Shown here in pieces: positions 22,027 through 26,792 of a DNA stretch of 26,792 nucleotides (positions are counted from its first letter, which is position 1; each line of letters begins with the position of its first letter). Source of the stretch: Octopus sinensis (taxonomy: Eukaryota); contig NW_021834733.1 in NCBI RefSeq assembly GCF_006345805.1, forward strand, positions 1 through 26,792, given 5' to 3'. The position numbers were made by a program, and so were the translations under genes. The notes below the pieces were generated by a model. That model was given only the letters and a program-made list of their open reading frames with translations. It searched no databases and was not told the origin of the DNA.

Positions 22027-22110
22027 TAATAATAATGATGATGATGATGGTGATGATGATGATGATGATAATAATGATAATCATTAATATTATTATTATT
22101 ATTATAACAA
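21928..22110. repeat. (TAA)n/(TGA)n microsatellite
   Basis: Visible repeat. Confidence 0.95.
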
Positions 22111-23281
22111 TATTTCCTTTAATACAATAATACTGATGATAATTCACAATGTTAATGTTTACCTTTAGTGTTAATCTACAGCTAATTAGCACTAATTGTG
22201 TTTACTATTGATTTATCGATTACAGCTTACATGTTAAGCAATAAGCAATGATAATGTTGATTGAACAGTTGTATCTATAGTGATAATATAATGATCGATT
22301 ATATTGTATGTATTGATGAGGTCGATTTATAATGTTAATAGCAGAGGCGCCATTTATTTTTTTGTTAATCTAACATTAAGCCTATAATGTGAGATAATTT
22401 TTGTTGGTGAAATAATACGGTTTATCTATTGTAATATTGTGATAATGTCGATTAATATGATAATATTATGATACCATTTGATAGCGATAACAGCTTATTG
22501 TTTGTTTTGCAGTGGTAATAATGTTTGTTGATTTGTAGTATGAATTGTTAACAATACTAATCTGTAGTACCGCTGCTCTGATAATGTTTATCGATAGGCT
22601 AATACGCTTTGTTAACTGTGCGATTCTTATGTCGTATGTTATTAACGTTTATTGATATGCTAATAGGCTTAGCCAATGTTAATCTATAGCAATCCGACGT
22701 CAAATCTGAAATGGCGGCAATAAATAACAAGACTACAATGCCATTCGTTAAATAATAGTCTGTAAGAAAAAGCCATGTAGATGATTGTGCTGTTAACGTC
22801 CACCGAGGCATGTACATAGCAAATGTTAACACGGTATTAAAAACGAAGGAAAGAGAAAAGCAGAAAGAAGAAAGAGGGAGAGAAATGGCTACCAATGATT
22901 CAGCTAAGACGCAAGGTGCTGAACGTTAAATTATATTTCATGTTCGTTAATCTTTCTTTAGGTCGTTGAAGCACATCTGAAGAAAATTGTCGTCTTGGGA
23001 TTTCAACAAGCCGCTTAATCGCATCCTTTCTTTTTCTTCTCATCAATTTTCCAGGTCACTTTAACAACTAAATTCATTCTTAGCTCGATTGTCTTCGCGA
23101 CAGCTATATTTAACCTTTAGCACGAGCAATTCTAATATAAAGAGTATAAGCGTAAGTAATTATATGAATAACATAGCATTATACAATATATATACATATC
23201 TGCGTACATACACACACACACACACACACGTATGTATTATGTATGTATACATGCATGTAAGTATGTATGTGTATGCATATA

Positions 23282-24144
23282 CAGAATGTGAGGGTTAAAT
23301 TGTCGCCATTTTATATTTTTGATTTCGTACATGCGCATTGTTTTTGATTTTGTCGACTACACAGTTTAGTAGGGTCAGTTGGGCTCCGTCTGTGAGAAAA
23401 ACAAAACCATGATGCAATTCACTCTTCCACAAATTTGGAAACGACATGCTGCACCGCTTGACATTCTTGCTGGTAGCTCTAATATGAACATTTCAGAGTG
23501 TTTGGGTGTCAATCTAAGTACTGCGCAATCTGAAGACATGTACTGAGAGGGATAAAAATCAAACATCCAGCGAACATCATGGTGTTTGGAGTGATCACTA
23601 GTGATGGCAACGTTATACTTCCATTCATCTTCCTACACGGCCTCAGACTTAACACGGAGGCTTACAACAAGTGCCTGGTGGAGGTAGTGTTGCCCTAGGT
23701 CGAGAGGGTGGCTGCTAGAAGATCCTATGTTTGGTAACAGGACTCTGCACCATGTCACACAAGGAGGAGAACCCAGTCATGGGTGTCAGACAATTTTTGC
23801 GACCACATCGACCCTAAAAACTGGCCATCAAACTCCCCAGACTGCAACCTACTTGATTATTTGTGTGGGGCGTAGTTGAGTGAGAGAACAAAACTCTTTG
23901 TAACACCAAAGATGAACTGAAGGCAAAGATTGTGGCAGCATTGACCAGAATAGTTGCAGGAGATTCCGTCTGGAGGCCGTGGTTGAAGCCAATGGTGATT
24001 TTATTGAATAAATTTACTCTTTAGTGTTTCAAGATATTTTTACGTAATTTTGGTAAATATATAGATATATCTGCTAAAAAATGAGATGTCAGTGCTATTT
24101 TCATTTTTGCGTAATTTAAACGACAGTTTATTCTTCGTACCCTA
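23282..24144 (+). mobile_element. Internally deleted Tc1/mariner element of the maT (DD37D) group
   Basis: TA at both ends with degenerate TIRs (15/24). N-terminal MMQFTLPQIWKRHAA..ILAGSSNMNISECLGVNLST is joined to KHPANIMVFGVITSDG...QDSAPCH...WPSNSPDCNLLDY. D at 23741 and D at 23855 are separated by 37 codons. Confidence 0.85.
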
Positions 24145-24168
24145 TATATATGAGTGTATATGTATGGG

Positions 24169-24201
<33 letters not shown>

Positions 24202-24232
24202 CTTGGAAAAAGATGCGTTGCGTTCGATCATA

Positions 24233-24300
24233 TCTCTTATTATAAAAGGCAGATTTTATCTGCCTCCCTTTGTCGTTATAGAAATCTACAATATAGGATT
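24233..24300 (+). mobile_element. 5' end of another Helitron family; 3' end not identified
   Basis: A|TCTCTTATTATAAAAGGCAG has the TC start and TATAAAAG motif seen in the other Helitron ends. Confidence 0.5.
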
Positions 24301-24715
24301 TCTTCAAATACAATTTACTTAGCATTTTAAGAGTAGAATGCATCGGGTTTTGCCAGGTCCCACTTTTTTAAATTTAAACCCAATAAGCAAATTTACAGAA
24401 AACTCACATTCTGGTGTGTATGTCAAATGTTTTCTTAATGTGGTTTACAACACACGCACACGCACACACACAGTGTGCAACGAATAAAATGAAAGTAATT
24501 CACCTTTGTAGTGAGTGACTCTTTCAGTCTGCCACTTTCCTCTTTACACATAGACACGCAATATATAAATAAAATTGTAAGCTAACGTGCGTGTGTGTGA
24601 GTGTGTGTGTGCGTGGTGTGGTGTGAGGGTGCGTGTGTGTGGTGTGTGTGTGTGTGCGAGTGCGTGCGTGAGTGTGTGACAGGAAAGTTTTTAGGACGAA
24701 TATAAGACCTATATC

Positions 24716-25162
24716 GGCGATGTGTTCGCTTGTCGTAGCACAGGTTTCCGTCGATTCCGTAAAAAACTTTTATTTTTTACATAAGTAATGAGAGCGAAAG
24801 AGACTAAGAGAAAGCGATTGTATGACGAGGGAAGTTCTTTTGAAGTTACGTGCATGGGACGCATTGATGTACATGTGTGTGTGTGTGTTTGATGGAGTGT
24901 GGGAGGACAGACAGTATGTTGTGTAAGTGAAGTGCTTCTGTTAGTGTGTGTGAAGAGACAGAGAGAGTAACGTGTGAAAGTGAGAAATAACTGAATTTTT
25001 TTACTCGGTGTATGTGTATATGTATGTATGCATGTATGTGTGTGTGTGTGTGTGTGTATGTATGTGTGTGTGTGTATGTATGTATGTATGTATGGCCGAT
25101 TCAGTGTTTACATTTTTTACGGAAATCGACGGAAACGTGTGCTACGACAGCGAAACATCGCC
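24716..25162. mobile_element. MITE with about 50-bp TIRs, GG termini and an 8-bp TSD (Merlin- or MULE-like)
   Basis: Left arm GGCGATGTGTTCGCTTGTCGTAGCACAGGTTTCCGTCGATTCCGTAAAAAA (24716-24766); its near reverse complement lies at 25113-25162. CCTATATC at 24708-24715 and 25163-25170. Confidence 0.85.
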
Positions 25163-25171
25163 CCTATATCC

Positions 25172-25644
25172 AAGTAGCAGAAAGATCGCCCAAAAGTGTA
25201 TATAGATATTTAAATGTATTTATATATTCATCTATACACAGATGTATGTATAATGTGTGTGTATATTTCCATACACGTAACCATTCCACTCCGCACAAAG
25301 TTTTTTAGGACGAAAATAAGATCTAAAGTTATCTCTAAGTAGCACAGAGATCGCCCAAAAGTGTATATAGATATATAAATGTATTTATATATCATCTATG
25401 CACGCATGTATGTATAACGTGTGTGTATATATTTCCATAGAGGTAACCATTCACTCCATACAAAGTTTTTTGGACGAAAATAAGATCTAAGTTATCTCTA
25501 AGAAACAGAAAGATCGCTAAAAGTGTATATAGATATTTAAATGTATTTATATATTCATCTATACACACATGTATGTATAATGTGCGTGTATATATTTCCA
25601 TAGAGGTAACCATTCAATCCATACAAAGTTTTTTAGGACGAAAA
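25172..25644 (+). repeat. About 165-bp tandem repeat, 2.9 units, plus an upstream partial unit at 24685-24710
   Basis: Units start at 25172, 25337 and 25500 (aagtagcagaaagatcgcccaaaagtgtatatag...aaagttttttaggacgaaaat). Confidence 0.92.
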
Positions 25645-26487
25645 TATTTATATATAAAAGAAAGGTTGTGTGTCTGTCTACTCCGATTTAGATTCCTAAC
25701 TACTCCCACATTTTGCGATGCAGTTTAACCAAAAACCGGGTATCTTATAGTCGTGATTCATATCGAGCCTTCTGGGTATTAGCGCGCGTCTACGATGAGT
25801 CTATGATTTTACAAATAATTTACCATCATTTTTTCCCATTTTAATGCATATTTTTTTTAAATAAACGGAAGTAACTCTCAAACTTCACACCAATATGCGT
25901 GCTCATATGCGACGTAATATCACATCAGCAGCATTCCTCACACCCTCCTTGCATTGGCGAAGGCAAAATACCAGGGGATGAAAATGGTAATATTGCCATC
26001 GATTCCATTTGTACCATTGTTAAGGCGCCTTCTGATCTCAGAGATGCAGTGTTCCACGATCTACAAGCTAATTATCAGAATATGGATTGGATTGGCAAAA
26101 AGGCTATACTGGCCCCGAGGAATAAAACTGTTCACCATATTAATGATGAAATGCTAAAACTCATTCTGGGGAAGTCTATGTATATCAGTCTATCGATACA
26201 ACTCCTGACCCAGAGGACGTCATCAACTATCCAATAGAGGTACTCAATTCCTTTGAGCACCCCGGACTACCACCACACTTTCTCAAACTTAAAGTGGTGC
26301 CCCTATAATGCTCATCAGAAATTTGGTCCCCCCAAAACAATGCATGGCACACGTTTGATCGTTAAGTCCTTATCTCCCACCGTAAGCTTATATCAATATT
26401 TGCCTGAATAATCATCATAATTCAGTGCAATCATTAACAGTACTTTCAAGCAATTCAGCCCCGAGCAACGCCGGGCAATTCTGCTAG
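25645..26487 (+). mobile_element. Helitron family D, copy 4, carrying a RepHel helicase fragment
   Basis: Family D 5' module (TA instead of TC at the start), then helicase sequence, then hairpin CCCGAGCAACGCCGGG and CTAG|T. Confidence 0.88.
25877..26383 (+). pseudogene. Helitron Pif1-like (SF1) helicase fragment, frameshifted
   Basis: LKLHTNMRAH..LL.IGEGK..DLRDAVFHDLQANYQNMDWIGKKAILAPRNKTVHHIN..IDT..NYPIEVLNSFEHPGLPPHFLKLKV(G)APIMLIRNLVPPKQC(N)GTRLIVKSL, the hallmark Helitron helicase motifs. Confidence 0.9.
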
Positions 26488-26499
26488 TAATAATATAAA

Positions 26500-26792
26500 T
26501 CTCTCTATATAGAAAAGGCAAAATGTCTGTGTGTGTCCTTTATACAAATCCACAATTTTTCAGTTAGAGGGCCCGCACTTTCTATGGTCATTTAAAACCG
26601 TTCAAGGGTGGTCGTGCGTATCTTTACATTTCCCCAGTCACCCCACAAAGCCATTAAAAATTAATAGATGTGGATGTTGTAAATTTTCTTTCCTAAACCA
26701 ATCAAAATGCCCGAAACTTGATACGCCAATGAATGCCAGCTAGCTGTATGTGATTGTCGGAGATTTGGACCAGCACTCGTGTGTATGTGCGC
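26500..26792 (+). mobile_element. 5' part of a further Helitron family, running off the window
   Basis: A|TCTCTCTATATAGAAAAGGCAAAATGTCTGTGTGTGTCC, a typical Helitron 5' end, 12 bp after the CTAG of copy 4. Confidence 0.6.

Noticed and set aside
22950-23060. Acceptor-like sites (tctttctttag, ttttccag)
   Set aside because: The frames close quickly and show no protein similarity.

Overview
AT-rich, repeat-dominated eukaryotic DNA with no recognisable host protein-coding exon. Almost every ORF in the supplied track is a translation of microsatellite or transposon sequence. The SINE repertoire and the very high microsatellite density point to an octopus (coleoid cephalopod) genome; this is inferred from recalled repeat families, not from a search. 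The window holds several tRNA-derived SINE families, four copies of one non-autonomous Helitron family (one with a RepHel helicase remnant) and two further Helitron 5' ends. It also holds remnants of R4/Dong-like, RTE and Penelope-like retroelements, of mariner, maT (DD37D) and hAT DNA transposons, a GG-terminal MITE with an 8-bp TSD, a ~165-bp tandem repeat and many microsatellites. The most interesting structure is at 17809-18895: a 491-bp monomer in partial tandem plus an inverted copy, carrying a candidate type I hammerhead ribozyme with a palindromic helix III, next to a second, degenerate minimal hammerhead on the opposite strand. This suggests a Penelope pseudo-LTR or retrozyme-like element. 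All family assignments come from motif recognition by eye and need database confirmation.
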